A stretch of DNA of 64,000 nucleotides, taken from positions 202,182,001-202,246,000 of the forward strand of contig OZ024741.1 in NCBI GenBank assembly GCA_964016885.1. Direction: 5' to 3'. Positions 12,771 through 26,330 of this stretch are shown here, one piece after another (position 1 is the first letter of the stretch; each line of letters begins with the position of its first letter). Origin of the DNA: Eledone cirrhosa (Eukaryota). The notes beneath the pieces are model-generated. The model was not told where the DNA came from. It worked only from the letters and a program-made list of their open reading frames with translations, and ran no database searches. Position numbers and translations under genes: made by a program.

Positions 12771-13238
12771 TGACCTGTATTGCATGAAACCTCATTAGCA
12801 AGACATCCTTAAAAAGTATAGAACAACACAATGACTGCATTACATGAAAAGTTAAAGTGTTAACTCTAATATTATAGATTTTCACTATGATCTGTTTGCT
12901 AGTAAAGATACTACAAACATTTGAATTAACAAACCCATTTTTAAGCATTTTCTGTTCAATTATTGCTGGTTATTATGATTTAAATTAGTCATAATAATTG
13001 TATTAAAAAAAGAAACTTTATAATTTACTAGTTATTACCAGCTTTTCACCCCAAATTAACTATGCATCCTGGAATCCTCATTTTCCTCATTCAACAACTA
13101 ACAGACATAAAACAACAATGATGAAGTATATTTAAGAAAAAAATGAATAAGAAAACTGATATAACTGATCTCTTCCATCAATGCAATATTGAAGCTAAAA
13201 TTAATAAAATCATACAATTATACTAATGTACCATCATA

Positions 13239-13580
13239 CAGGAGGACTAAAAAAAACTGGCCCCACTTTTATTTTTGTCTATATGGTCCATTTTTTGACA
13301 AAAACTGATGAAACTTTGAATACATTTAAACAACATATCAAAAATTCACTATCTTCTGATGTTTCTGTCCAGAGTTAACAGCACATGTTCCAAGTGATCT
13401 CCATTTGAATCTATGCACTTGTTGAGGCACATGATGTTTAGCATAATGTCTTTACAAACAGACTTAGGGCTGGCTCTGATCTCCTCCATGATGTTTTCCT
13501 TTAGTTCAGTAATGGTACTGGGTTTGTTGACATATACCTTATTCTTCAGATAGCCCCAAAGAAAGAAATCTGGGAGGCTT
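13239..13580 (-). mobile_element. Tc1/mariner (rosa/DD41D-like) transposase 3' relic
   Basis: Minus strand PDFFLWGYLKNKVYVNKPSTITELKENI...CIDSNGDHLEHVL; TA-CAGG terminus. Confidence 0.75.
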
Positions 13581-14049
13581 AAAATTATAACTATAAATAT
13601 ATATTAAGTGTAACTATTTATTATATTAATTATGACTATAACTATGTATTAGATAATCATTCTTTTTCTATCAAAGCAGGACAATTTTATATAAAGTATT
13701 TAGTTCATTAGTAAAAATTAAAAAAATAACTAGGGATGCCTGCTGCATAAAACCTTAATAGTACAGTGGACAATAACATACTTGATGTAGTACATCAAAC
13801 ATTTTTAATTACTGAAAATTACACTGTTATAAGAACAACTATTATGTAAGTGACTAAATATGATTAACAAAGATAGTGGAGACAACTAAGTTAAGACAAT
13901 GATAGGGAGTTAATCTGATGTTCAACGTTCAACAATATAGTAACAATTCCTAACATGTTTTAGTAGGCTTCCTCAGCTAAGTCTTGTCTTACTCTAACTG
14001 CAAAAAAAAACAAAAAAAACATTTTCTATGAAAACCTCTAACAGGCAAC

Positions 14050-14990
14050 CTTGATAACAGCAGCTTTATCATTCTGACTAGTGACTTTCATAGACATGCT
14101 GGTTAACACCAGGATAGCTGCCTTGAAGTGCATGGTAGCTATGGATATGACTCTAGAGATGAAGAGAGATCAAGGTTCCTAGATTTCAGTGATACAAATA
14201 ACCTAACCATTTACAACACTAACTTTAGAAAACTGGCCACCCATTTGATCACCTACCAATCAGGTGAACACACAAGCCAGATTCACTTTTTACTCATTAG
14301 AAAATGGAATAGACAGATGGTTATGAATGCAAAGTCCTTTCCGGGAGAAGAATGTGCCCCTACCCCACCTTGACATTTGATTATTAGTGATGTCAGAATA
14401 AGAACTAGACAAAAACAGAAGCACAGGAAAATCTGGAGGAGGATATGTAGGTTAAAAGAACTCTCTAATAAATAAAAACTTTGAAAAGTTCTATGTGATG
14501 CATATGACAAGAGGGACAACCTATTAAAGGCCATTGAAGACTAGCTGGAGCAAATCTACCAGCTAGATGAAGGATGACAGAGCCATTAAAGCTAAGAGAC
14601 AAGCACTCTAAAGATGCTAATCCACTGCCTCATGAAAGTGACAGAAAGAGTTTTAACACAACTAATTAGAGAAAGAGTCAGATTAGATGAGATGCAGTTT
14701 AGTTTTGTATCACTACAAGAGAAGTTCGTAGCTAAGTGTAAGTCACTAAATCTAGCTTTTGTTTACAGATGATGACCATAGGGTGAAGAAGTGCCAGGAG
14801 TTCCTCATGGAAGGAAACTGTAGTAGAGGAAGACCTGGGCAGAGGTGGTGAGAATGGATCTCAAAATACTGAACCTCGCAGAAAAGATGATGATAGTACG
14901 AATCAGGTAAAAGGAGGCTGTGCTGGAAAAAAACCTATCCAACTCATGCAAGCATGGAAAAACAATCGTAAAAGAATGATTATGATTTTA
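14050..14990 (+). mobile_element. Internally deleted degenerate RTE copy
   Basis: ORF 14128-14373 matches the APE C-terminus (NTNFRK..HLITYQSGEH); RTE tail near 14930-14985. Confidence 0.75.
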
Positions 14991-15390
14991 TGGTTGTCTC
15001 CCCTACATTTTTGGACCAGAATTAGTCATCTAAATATGAGTTTTATTGTTGAATGTATTTTTAATTAAAATTTCTTGGCTTACTACCCCAAGTATACTAG
15101 CATCCATTTTACTATTTAGTTGGCTAATTTGATTCCAATATAATATAAGTAATATTTATTTTATCAACTCTAGAAAGAATTAAACTCAAAACTGAGATAC
15201 TGAATAAATAGGGTTAACTTACTCAACTAGAATGAAATTCACCACCACAATCCTATTACAGATTAATATTTCTAAGAGACACCTGCTACTTAAAAACAAG
15301 TATTTGTAAGGTTGAAAATAATTACGACTCAGATGCTTGATAATTGTTTCTACTTTTGGCACAAGGCCAGCAATTATCCCAGATACTTAA

Positions 15391-16343
15391 AGACATGAAA
15401 AATGCGCAAGCTCAAAAGTGCCACAGAATGTTATAATATAAACCTTCAAAAGTGTGGGACTAGAGTTGTTGCTAAAAAATATTGTAATCATTATATATCG
15501 TACATTCTGTGGCATCCTTTATAAAAATAGCTTAAACCAACGAAGCCTTTATTTTTACGCTATTTCACTTAGTTAATTCTTAGAGTGTAACATATAAAAA
15601 TATGATTTACAACTATAAAATAAATTAATTAATATAGTAACAGAGCTGCGGAGCTGAAATTTAGGAAATAATGGAGTATCGGATCCTGAGTTGGAGCCAG
15701 TCAATTTTTGGCCGACTCCGCAGCCCTGTATAATACATTTCATATTAAAGTTATTAATAAACCTATTTTACACTTCATGCAAATTACCACGAGATATTGA
15801 TATTAGATATAAGATACAGCGCAATATCTACAGCTGTAAAAGTACGAAAGCGAAGTAATAATAAGTGGCTTAAGGTAATTCCAATATGAAAGTTTGTAGT
15901 GATAAAAATTTGGTAATGCAATACGATTGTTAATATTATAGTTCTATGAAAATGTAACAATAGATAACTAAATTATTTTACTATTAGTATATTTATAAAA
16001 TTATCATTATAGATTTGATCGTTCATATAAGCATCATATTAAGTTTCAACACAATTATTTTGTTACTATGAGTATATGATAATAATATTACGTAATTATT
16101 TATAGCTGTTATTACATTAAACATAGATGTATTTATTTTTATATGTTACACTCTAAGAATTAACTAAGTGAAATAGCGTAAAAATAAAGGCTTCGTTGGT
16201 TTAAGCTATTTTTATAAAGGATGCCACAGAATGTACGATATATAATGATTACAATATTTTTTAGCAACAACTCTAGTCCCACACTTTTGAAGGTTTATTA
16301 TAACATTCTGTGGCACTTTTGAGCTTGCGCATTTTTCATGTCT
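15391..16343. mobile_element. Foldback-type MITE with ~210-bp near-perfect TIRs (about 15391-15602 / 16134-16343)
   Basis: AGACATGAAAAATGCGCAAGCTC... is reverse-complemented at ...GAGCTTGCGCATTTTTCATGTCT. Confidence 0.85.
15641..15728. mobile_element. 88-bp hAT-like mini-MITE nested in the foldback element
   Basis: CAGAGCTGCGGAG...CTCCGCAGCCCTG ends; imperfect 8-bp flanks TATAGTAA/TATAATAC. Confidence 0.55.
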
Positions 16344-16902
16344 AGTTTAATATTTTTTTAAGGCAACGCTTGTAATAACTCTAGTTAAACAGGATATATA
16401 TTAATAATAAATTATCGTTGTAATGTAATTAGATTATGTAATTGTTATTATAAATTATCTTATAAATATTAGTGTAAGATGTATAAAAATATTTTCAGAC
16501 TTTTAATATAAACAACTACAAAAAACAATCAATATTAAATCAATATATTATACATAATAGAAAACATAAAATATACAATACAAAAACAAAATATTTACAT
16601 ACAATTGCAATTATCAGTGTATATACATTTTCTTTATATTCCCTGAGCAAATTAATAAGATTTGTTTTTATTGTACATAATTTGATGACTTGTTGGAGTG
16701 TATTAAAAGATAGCAACAATTTGTGATTAAATTGTTATCTTAAGCAACTCACTTTTTAATAGTTGTTGGCTGAGCGAAATTGTAAAAGCCTATGAGCAAA
16801 TATAAAAAAAAATACACAAACAACATTTCCTTGTGTTATTACAACATTAGATAAAATAATTGAGCAATGTCGTTATATTTTGCTCTTATTGCACATTAAT
16901 AG

Positions 16903-17070
16903 TGTTTCTATTTTTCGGCACAAATCCATTACGACAGTCCATTACTGGTACTTTATTTTATCGAATTAGTAAGTATGAAAGTCGAAGTTAACCTCGGCAG
17001 GATTTGAACTTAGAATGCAAAGGACCATAACAATACTGCAAAGCATGGTGTCTGACGCTCTACCAATACT
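16903..17070 (-). mobile_element. SINE S1 copy, diverged
   Basis: Same core and B box as 1195-1378. Confidence 0.75.
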
Positions 17071-20000
17071 TGTGTTGAGCTGGTCATTAATTTATGGTGG
17101 TCGTGCGTGGAGTAGAGCAATCGCTAGTTGAAATATTATGAACAAAACATTTTTATTTGCCGAAGAACATATTTTCAATACTGTTTGTGAATGTGACGAA
17201 GGAAATACATTCTGATATGGAACAGTGTACAAAGTGTGTCTGTGAATAACATAATGTTACCTCATGTTGTTGTCAAGACATAATGGATTTCGTATATCCA
17301 GTTAGAAGATGAAACCTAGCCATCTCGGATTAGTTATATTTCATGCCATGTGTAAACGTGTTTGAGGATAGCAAAATATGCGCGTTAATTATAATAATTA
17401 GTTAATAATATTACAAAATATACCTAATTAAACTCTTTGCTTGAAATTTTATCATTCTTCGTTTATATATATATATATAGAGAGAGAGAGGGAGAGGGGG
17501 AGAGAGAGAGAGAGATTTATCTAGTCCTTCGCTCAAGATTAATCTATAAGTTTAGATGTTTGCCTTCGTTTAAGTAAATATTACAGTAAGATTTTTAATA
17601 TAAACAACTACAAAAAACAATTAATATTAAAACGAAAAAATTATCAATGATAAAAGAAGCGGATGCAACTTTTTTTTTTATAAAGTTATATTCCTGTTTC
17701 TTTAAAGAACATTTCATTTTTGTTCTATTGTAGGCGAAATAATGCAATGGTTTAATAGGGAAGATATAACTTACGAATTATGTCTCTAACCGTGTAACGC
17801 TTTTTAAGTAGATAACTACAATTGAAAATACTAAAGAAATGGAACCAACAATTCAATTTGAAAGTCGTCTAGTGACAGTGTATTACTGGTACTTTATTTT
17901 ATCGACCCCGTAACGATGAAAGGCAAAAATGCAAATGCTTAAAATTTAAATTGCCTTAATTCTATTGTCTGCTGTTTCATTAAAGGGAGATTCTCGTCTG
18001 TATTTAATTCTATCGTCTACTGTTCCACTAAACAGATATACCTCCACTATCGTCTCTATTTATACATTTTAACTTATAACTTATACACATTTGATTTGAA
18101 ATATTTTATCTAGTCCCCCCTCTCAATATTATGATGATTTCTTTCGAATGAAACAGTTCTAGTCCTGTAGAAGCCATTTATATATATAATTGAACTGAGT
18201 TAAAAATTCACAATATTTATAATTAAATAAGCTCATATATATATGTGTGTATTTATCTGTTTATTGTATTATATATAATGTGTGTATATACAGGATGTCC
18301 CCCAAAAATATATACACACTTCAACAGCATTCTAATAACTATTGCCTGTACAGGTAATCAAAGTGTCAATCGAATGTTAGTTTCGTGTTTTAACAGTACA
18401 AATTTACAATACACACATAAAACCAGTGTATATACATACATGAATGTGTATATACAATATATATGTATATATATATAGACACATATATTCACGGTGCAAC
18501 GGTACATTAAAATATAGATGCGGGAGAGGGGGGGTGTATATATAGGGGCGCTGGGGATAAAGGAGTGTAAAGCGTGTGTAATTGATATATTGAAGGAGAG
18601 GAGCGTGCCGCGATAGAGTAACAAATATATAGAGAGGGGGAGAGATGGTATTGAAGGGGAGGAGTGCAAAGCGAAAGAGTAAGAGATATATATAGAGACG
18701 GAACAGATAGAGAGAAACAGGCGTAAGTAACAGTGGAAGAGATATAGAGAGAGGTACTCTGATTGGTTGAAAATTAGCCAATGACATACGATCACCACCA
18801 CCACCACGGCTATCCCCGAAAAATTTTTTAAGAAGCTAGGCATATATGTTAGAACACGAAAAGTGAACATTCTGTTGTTCCACACTTTTCGTGTTCTAAC
18901 AGATAAATGGAGACAATAGCTGTAATAAGATCATTTGAAAGAAGAAGAAGAAGGAGGAGGAGGAGGGGGAGAAGAAGAAGAAGAAGAAGAAGAAGAAGAA
19001 GAAGAATTAACATTGAATTAACATTCCAAGAATTAACATAAAACAATGTTACTAAGCACCATATATTCCATAGCAACACTCCTTATTTTTGCATAAAAAT
19101 TGCTAACAAATTAAGAGATAATTTGGGAAAATTTAGCAAAGCATCCTGTATTACTGAAATGATAATATTAGTATTGTGACAACTATTCTACTTTAATTAT
19201 TTTAGCATGTGTCTGATAATTTTGCAAATTTACAAGAAATGATTAAGGAGGAACAAAATAGAACTTTATTAGTGCAGCTCCCATATATGAATTTATCAAA
19301 GTTAATTAATCTATGGTGTGTGCACTTCTTGAATACCAGCAGAACATGTGAAATGAATACATATTAACATTGTAGATGCTGCATACCATAGGTGTAATTG
19401 TTCTTGCCACTAGTTGCTCTTTCTATTGTTAAAATTCAACTGAAGCAGTAATAAAAAATGTGATTAACCAGGTAGGCTGAGGCAAGCAGAGTAATCTAAC
19501 ATGCCAAAAAGCACAACCTAATAGTTGTAACGAGATGATTACACATCTGTGATGATTCATTTCACATCTAAAAGACTTTATAGAAATATAAAATCAGTTT
19601 CAGTACTTGAATGATTTGATTTGATTTTATCAAACCCCAGAAGTATGAAAGGTAAAGTTGACCTAGACAGAATTTGAACTCAAAATGTAAAAGTCTGTAA
19701 CTAAATACCACAAGTATTTTATCTAACACTCTAAAGATGCTAATCCACTGCCTCATGAAAGTGGCAGAAAGAGTTTTAGTACAACTAATTAGAGAAAGAG
19801 TCAGATTAGATGAGATGCAGTTTAGTTTTGTATCACTACAAGAGAAGTTCCTAGCTAAGTGTAAACCACTATATCTAGCTTTTGTTTACAGATGATGACC
19901 ATAGGGTGAAGAAGTGTCAGGAGTTCCTAATGGAAGGAAACTGTGCAGAAGTGGTGAGAATGGATCTCAAAATACTGAACATTGCAGAGATGATGATAGT

Positions 20001-20574
20001 ACGAATCAGATAAAAGGAGGCAACACTCCTTATTTTTGCATAAAAATTGTTAACAAATTAAGAGATAGAAAGCTATCTGGATAATTTGGGAAAATTTAGC
20101 AAAGCATCCTGTATTACTGAAATGATAATTAGTATCATGACAACTATTCTACTTTAATTATTTTAGCACGTGTCTGATAATTTTGCAAATTTACAAGAAA
20201 TTATTAAGGAGGAACAAAATAGAACTTTATTAGTGCAGCTCCCATATATGAATTTATCAAAGTTAATTAATCTATGTTGTGTGCACTTCTCGAATACCAG
20301 CAGAACATGTGATATAATAATATTGTAGATGCTGCATACCATAGAAGAAGAAGAAATGTTATTTTTCAGTAAATACACACACACACACATACACACGCAC
20401 ACAATCCACTGATATTGGTGGCTTCTCTTAAATCATAATGTGAATGCAATGTTTTTATTTAAAACTTCCATGTGTCTTTCTGCTCTGTTAGCAAGATTTC
20501 TGTGTGCTTTGATTATGATCTTTAATCTCTCAATCACTGCACAAAATTTTAAATTATTCATCATTATTGTATTC

Positions 20575-21662
20575 ATCATCATCGTTTAACATCCATCTTC
20601 CACAATAGCATAGGTAAGATGGGTTTGTCCCATTGGAAGCAAGTTGGGTCGGGTGACCGTATCTCACTCGTATAGGACTTTTCTAGCTGGTTTTCTACAG
20701 CTGGATGCCCTTCCTAACGTCAACCACATTTGCAGTGTGTGCTAGGTGCTTTTTGCCGTGTCTCCTACATGTCCACTTTACAGTGGACTGGGTGTTTTTT
20801 GTCGTGACACCTACACAATCACTTTACAGTGTGGGCTGGATGTTTTGTGGTACCAACATAACTTTACAGAGTAAGGGTGGTGTGGGCAGAAGTGAAAGGG
20901 AGATGTAGGGTGTATATTGGGTGTAAAGAAGACAGGTCTTCTGTATTACTGCATAGTGCTAAAGATCTTAATCCTGTGTCATTATCTTAGAGAGGTTCAA
21001 GTGTACAAGGTCAGCTTTTATCACCTCGTCCCATGTCTTTCTGGGTTTACCTACTCTGTAGCTTCCATCAATTTTGATCACCCTGCACTTTTTTATACAG
21101 CTGTCGTCCTTCATACGCATCACATGACTAAACCAACGCAATCTCCTCTCTAGTAAACTGCATCTGATCCCTCTTATGCCTAATTTCTCACTTAGTTCAT
21201 TTATGCTTTACAGTTTGTGTATATTACTATTACACATCCAACAGAGCATGCATGCTTTGTTCCTTTTCAATCTGTACAGGTCCTTTGCACACAATGCCCA
21301 GGTCTCACTACCATGTAACATTGCTGTTTGTATATAAGCATCGTACAATCTGCCCTTCATTTTTAGAGAGAAACCTTTTGTGGCCAGCATCGGTATAAGC
21401 TCTCTGAACTTTTTCCATCCCGTTCTGACTCTGGCTACTGTACTTTCAAAACACTGTACTCCACTGCTGATTTCTCACCCAGGTAACGGAAAGTGTCTAC
21501 TATTTCTATAGAACCATCTGGGCAGTTGAAGGAGCTAGTATCCAGTGGGCACTTGCTACTTACTGCACCTCAGCATCAGCCACATATAAAACCTACATTC
21601 TTTGATAGCTTGCCTGTGATCCCACTACATCTTTTATGTACCCATACTTTGCATTTGGGACA
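20575..21662 (-). mobile_element. RTE 3' fragment with UTR
   Basis: ORF 21208-21390 KGRLYDAYIQTAMLHGSETW; (CAT)n tail at the left end. Confidence 0.85.
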
Positions 21663-21712
21663 TTCATCTTTGTAATATTACACTGAAGCTGAAAAGCTAA
21701 GATTATACTTAC

Positions 21713-21797
21713 AATTTCTGACAGTCACATTTGATGGAAATGAGTCTTCAGCAAGATATCCCCATTTTGTAAGATCATTCCTGGCTTCTATTAAAAT
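21713..21797 (-). CDS. CCDC134: CCDC134 coding exon 3 (ILIEARNDLTKWGYLAEDSFPSNVTVRN)
   Basis: Polypyrimidine tract + AG, GTAAGT donor, 85 nt, phase 0 to 1, FP motif conserved. Confidence 0.88.
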
Positions 21798-21919
21798 CTT
21801 AAATGAAAAAAAAAAGAAAGAAATACAGAAAATAGATTATAAATTAACTATACATTATACTAATGTACACCTCCAATATTATATTATGCCAATCACCACT
21901 CTAATACTGACTTCCCTAA

Positions 21920-22435
21920 AACTGGTTTTGTTGACAACAAAAAGTTTTTCCCTTCATACAAAAGGACGACTGTATGACACCTCTGTGTGAAGTGCGGTGC
22001 TGCATGGTAGTAAAACATGGGCAATGCCTCCAGAAGACAGGGGTAGACTGGAGAGAAATGAAGCAACCAAACTCTGTTGGATGTGCAATGTAAATGTGAG
22101 AGAAAGGCAGAGCTTGGATGAACTGAGGGAGAAACTGGGTCTAAGAGGAATCTGAGTTAGTGTGCAAAAGAGAAGACTGCACTGGTTTGGACATGTGATG
22201 TACATGAATGATGATCGATGGGTGAAGAAGTGCCAGGAAATGCCAATGGAAGGAAGACGCAGTAGAAATAGACTGAGAAAGACCTGGGCAGAGGTTGTGA
22301 GAGTTCACCTCAAATCGCTAAAACTCACAGAGGAAATGATGAAGAAATGTAGCAAGTGGAGAGATGTTGTGTTGAGAAGGACCTGTCCAACCAATGCAAG
22401 CATGGAAAAATGGATGTGATGATGGTGATGATGAT
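21920..22435 (+). mobile_element. RTE 3' fragment
   Basis: ORF 22162-22419 RRLHWFGHV...; (GAT)n tail. Confidence 0.85.
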
Positions 22436-22636
22436 CCATAGACACTGTATCTAATATAAGGTAGATTGATAGTTGTATATGAATATTATCTTTATTCATA
22501 ACAAAATTGTTCTGATTAAAATGGTTGATTAGTCCTTCTGATACCAACGTGTCTATGATCACCCTACATTCTATGACACAAACTGTCTATTTTAAAGTAT
22601 TTTGTTTTGATTTAATCCTTTACCATTTACATTACT

Positions 22637-24070
22637 GATGGATCAGGTTATGAAAGTGGCAGAAAGGATATTAGCACAACTAATTAGAAAAAGGGTCAAA
22701 CTAGATGAGATTCAGTTTGGTTTTGTGCCTGGGAAGAGTATAACAGATGCCCTCTTCTTGGTGAGACAATTGCAAGAGAGGTTCTTAGAGAAAAATAAGC
22801 CACTATACTTAGCCTTTGTTGACCTAGAGAAGGCCTTTGATAGGGTACCCCGATCTGTCATCTGGTGGTCCCTAAGGAAGATGGGTGTTGAGGAATGGCT
22901 TGTGAGGACAGTGCAAACTTTGTACAGAGGTACTCTCAGTAAAGTCAGGGTAGGAATGGAGTTTAGTGAGGAATTCCAGATACAAGTAGGTGTACATCAA
23001 GGTTCGGTCCTCAGCCCGCTCTTGTTCATTATAGTCCTCCAAGCCATAACAGAGGAGTTTAAGACTGGCTGTCCATGGGAACTTCTCTATGCTGACGATC
23101 TGGTTCTTATAGCAGAATCAGTAGAGGAGCTAGAGAATAAATTCTGGCTATGGAAACAGCAGTTGGAAGCAAGAGGACTGAGAGTGAACCTAGCTAAGAC
23201 AAAAGTGTTGATGAGTAAAAAAGAGGACAAAACTCTGATTCCGTCAGGGAAATGGCCATGTTCGATATGCAGAAAAGGAACTGGCATAAATTCTATAAAA
23301 TGCACACAATGCAGATCCTGGGTACACAAGAGATGTAGCGGGATAGCAGGCAAACTAACAGGTAGGGAGAAATATGTATGCAGTAGATGTACAGGGAAAT
23401 TAGACAGTAGAAGTCGCATTGATAGACACATTTTTCAAATGCAGGAGGGCGCTATAGAAGTGGTGGATAGCTTCCGGTACCTAGGAGATAAGATTAGCAT
23501 GGGAGGAGGGTGTTCCGAGGCCATAGTATCTAGAATAAGGACGGGTTGGAAGAAGTTTAGGGAGCTGCTGCCTCTGTTGACGAAGAAGGGTTTCTGCCTG
23601 TGTACGAAAGGCCGGTTGTATGATGCCTGTGTGAGGAGCGCGATGCTGCATGGTAGTGAGATATGGGCAGCAACTGGAGAGAAATGAGGCACAATGCTCC
23701 GTTGGATGTGCAGTGTAAATGTGCGTGAACGACCCAGCATAAATGTGTTGAGAGAGAAACTGTGTCTGAGAGGGATAGAATGTAGTGTACGGGAGAGAAG
23801 ACTGAGGTGGTATGGACATGTGATGCGCATGGAGGATGACCGATGGGTGAAGAAGTGCCAGGAAATGCCAGTTGAAGGAAGACGTGGTAGAGGTAGACCA
23901 CGAAAAACATGGGTGGAGGTGGTGAGAACAGACCTCAAATTGCTGAAGCTCGCGGTGGAGATGACGAAGGACCATGACAAGTGGAGAGATGCTGTGCTGA
24001 ATAAGACCCGTCCCACCCTTGCAAGCAGGGAAAAGCGGACGTAAAATGATGATGATGATGATGATGATGA
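22637..24070 (+). mobile_element. 5'-truncated young RTE (RT + PHD-like finger, one frameshifting deletion near 23675)
   Basis: ORFs 22638-23687 (QGSVLSP, LYADD) and 23694-24044; (GAT)n tail. Confidence 0.93.
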
Positions 24071-24384
24071 TTATTCTATATTTACTATTATATTTTTATG
24101 TTAAAAGCTTTACCTCATATAATATCTCACATAATATCGAATCTATGAGATTTTGATATTATTTATTTTGAGAACAATACCTTAACATCAGTATGAGCAC
24201 CTGGTTACAGCTGGTTTGAACAGAAAGAGGTGAGAGAATTCTAGCCGGATACAGCCAGTTTAAATTGTAAAGGGTTAAACCTGTTCTCATAATGGAAAAA
24301 TTAGTTATTTTACCAAATCGCTCCTAATTCTTGATTATCTAAAAACATTAATTGAACATTGCATTTCATTATGTTTACAAAAAT

Positions 24385-24574
24385 GGTGGTGGATTGGCAG
24401 TATCGGTAGAGCGTCAGATGCCGTGCTTTGCAGCATAAAGTTATGGCCCTTTATGTTCTGAGTTCAAATCCTAACAAGGTTAACTTTGCCTTTCATCTTT
24501 ACGGGGTCGATAAAATAAAGTACCAATAATCCACTGGGGTAATTGGTGGCCTTGTGCCAAAAGTAGAAACAATT
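24385..24574 (+). mobile_element. SINE S1 full-length copy
   Basis: GGTGGTGGATTGGCAGTATCGG...GAGTTCAAATCC...AGAAACAATT. Confidence 0.85.
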
Positions 24575-24924
24575 ATATGTTTATAAGAATTTTATGCCAG
24601 TCAGTTGCTCAGTCTTTCAATTCTTTTCTAATGACTAACATAATTTAAGTAGAATTCATCTTCATCAACAATTAAAACTTTTCCAAGACCTAAAGTTGCA
24701 CTTACAAATCCTCCAAAATAATTTACAACTAATTCACCACATTATCACCTTTCCCTAATCATTCTCTCTCTCTCTCTCGTTATTAGCTATTTCAATGCCT
24801 TCAACACTATCCTCCAATACTAATTCAGTTGGTACAACAGCTGAAATATTTACCATTTTGAAAACCTTCACCTCAGACATCATAGTTTATAAATGAAGAC
24901 TGCTCCACCCAGTATAGTATAACT

Positions 24925-25255
24925 CAGTGATTCTCAAACTGGGGAACATGCCCCACAGGGGGACATTTTGAATATTAAAAGGTGGGGAGTGCAATTTGAA
25001 AATCATGTTAATGAAAACAAACTTCAGGTTTTACCATATTACTTTTACACCAAGGCAACTTTGGGACAAATTACTGTTAGAAACGCCTGTCTCACCTCCT
25101 CCACACATGTTATTGTGCATCTGGCACCACCTATACGCCAATTTGTTTACTCTTTACATTTAATCCTTGCTGTTTTCATATCAAAACGGAAGGTGGTATA
25201 ACAATTTTTGAGATGTTGAGGCGGGACATGGTGCACAAAAGGTTGGGAATCACTG
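24925..25255. mobile_element. hAT (Charlie-like) MITE
   Basis: TIR CAGTGATTCTCAA/TTGGGAATCACTG; perfect 8-bp TSD GTATAACT at 24917-24924 and 25256-25263. Confidence 0.9.
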
Positions 25256-25784
25256 GTATAACTAGTCACCTACAAATCCTAAGGCTTTAGTGGCAGTGCA
25301 TGACAAAACTATTATGCTAAATTGTGAAGCATGTCTAACTTTCCATGTATGAATGGCTTGGACAGGAAAGTTATATCAGGGATATGGCAGAAGGTAATTA
25401 GAAGGGAGGAGAAGAAGTACATCATTATCATCATTAAACATCTATTTTCCTTGCCCACCTGGGCCAGATACATTGTCACATTCTCAGACAAGACCAGACA
25501 GGTGACCACAACCTGTTCATACATTTGGTATAGTATGGTCTCCACAACTAGAAGCCCTTCCAAACCACATCAGAAGATTTTATTATGATACAAGTGAGGC
25601 ATGCCCTGCTTTCCATGTTGGCTTGGGTTGAATGTGGATGGAGAGAGGTCACCTGTCTGTGTTGGTATGAGATGAACTCAGCTAAGAGGGGGGGGGGGTT
25701 GCTGGAAAGAGTTGGATGAGCAAGGTTGGGGTGGTGGAAGATGTTCTTAATGGAAATAAATTCTATTTGGATTGTGTGTTTGCC

Positions 25785-26330
25785 TCACTTATAGGTGATG
25801 AAATGGCTGGTCAGTTTTCTGAAATTTGTGTTGAAGATTGATCACTTGCAACACAAATCTCCAGGAGCTGTGATCCGTCTACATTTCTTTTAACAAACCC
25901 AAAGCCTCTATGGACACCATGGAAGCCCTCATATTGTTTTTCAACATGCCTATTAAAATCGCCAGGCATAATTATGAGGTTACTATTACTTATGAATGTA
26001 GCAGTCTGCATGTCCAGGTTGCAATGCCTATGTAGAGGTAATTGTTACTGTTGTTTTATTTATGACTAGCTTAAGCTTAGTGGATTCTATCACTAACTCT
26101 ATCTACCTCAATTACATTATCTAACCATTTATTTTTCTGCCAACAATATTTCTACTCTCCCTATCCCATGATTGTTGTCTTTCCAGAAAAAATTGTAGCA
26201 TTGTTTTTTGCTCATAAGGAGTCTAGTTGAGGCTCCTCTCAACTTAATTTCTTGTGCACAGCAATCTGCTTGTTTTTGCTCTAACAGCCATACAATCTCA
26301 CCCAATCTCCCTTTCATTGTCCTTACAAAG
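25785..26330 (-). mobile_element. RTE endonuclease-region relic
   Basis: ORFs 25811-26011 (GDFN) and 26129-26410 (MKGRLGEIV). Confidence 0.75.

Noticed and set aside
17070-17400. Possible nested gene exon in a relatively CpG-rich block
   Set aside because: No sustained frame, splice pair or recognisable homology.
18358-18885. 175-aa and 127-aa minus ORFs
   Set aside because: Low-complexity GA-rich repeat translations with no recognisable domain.
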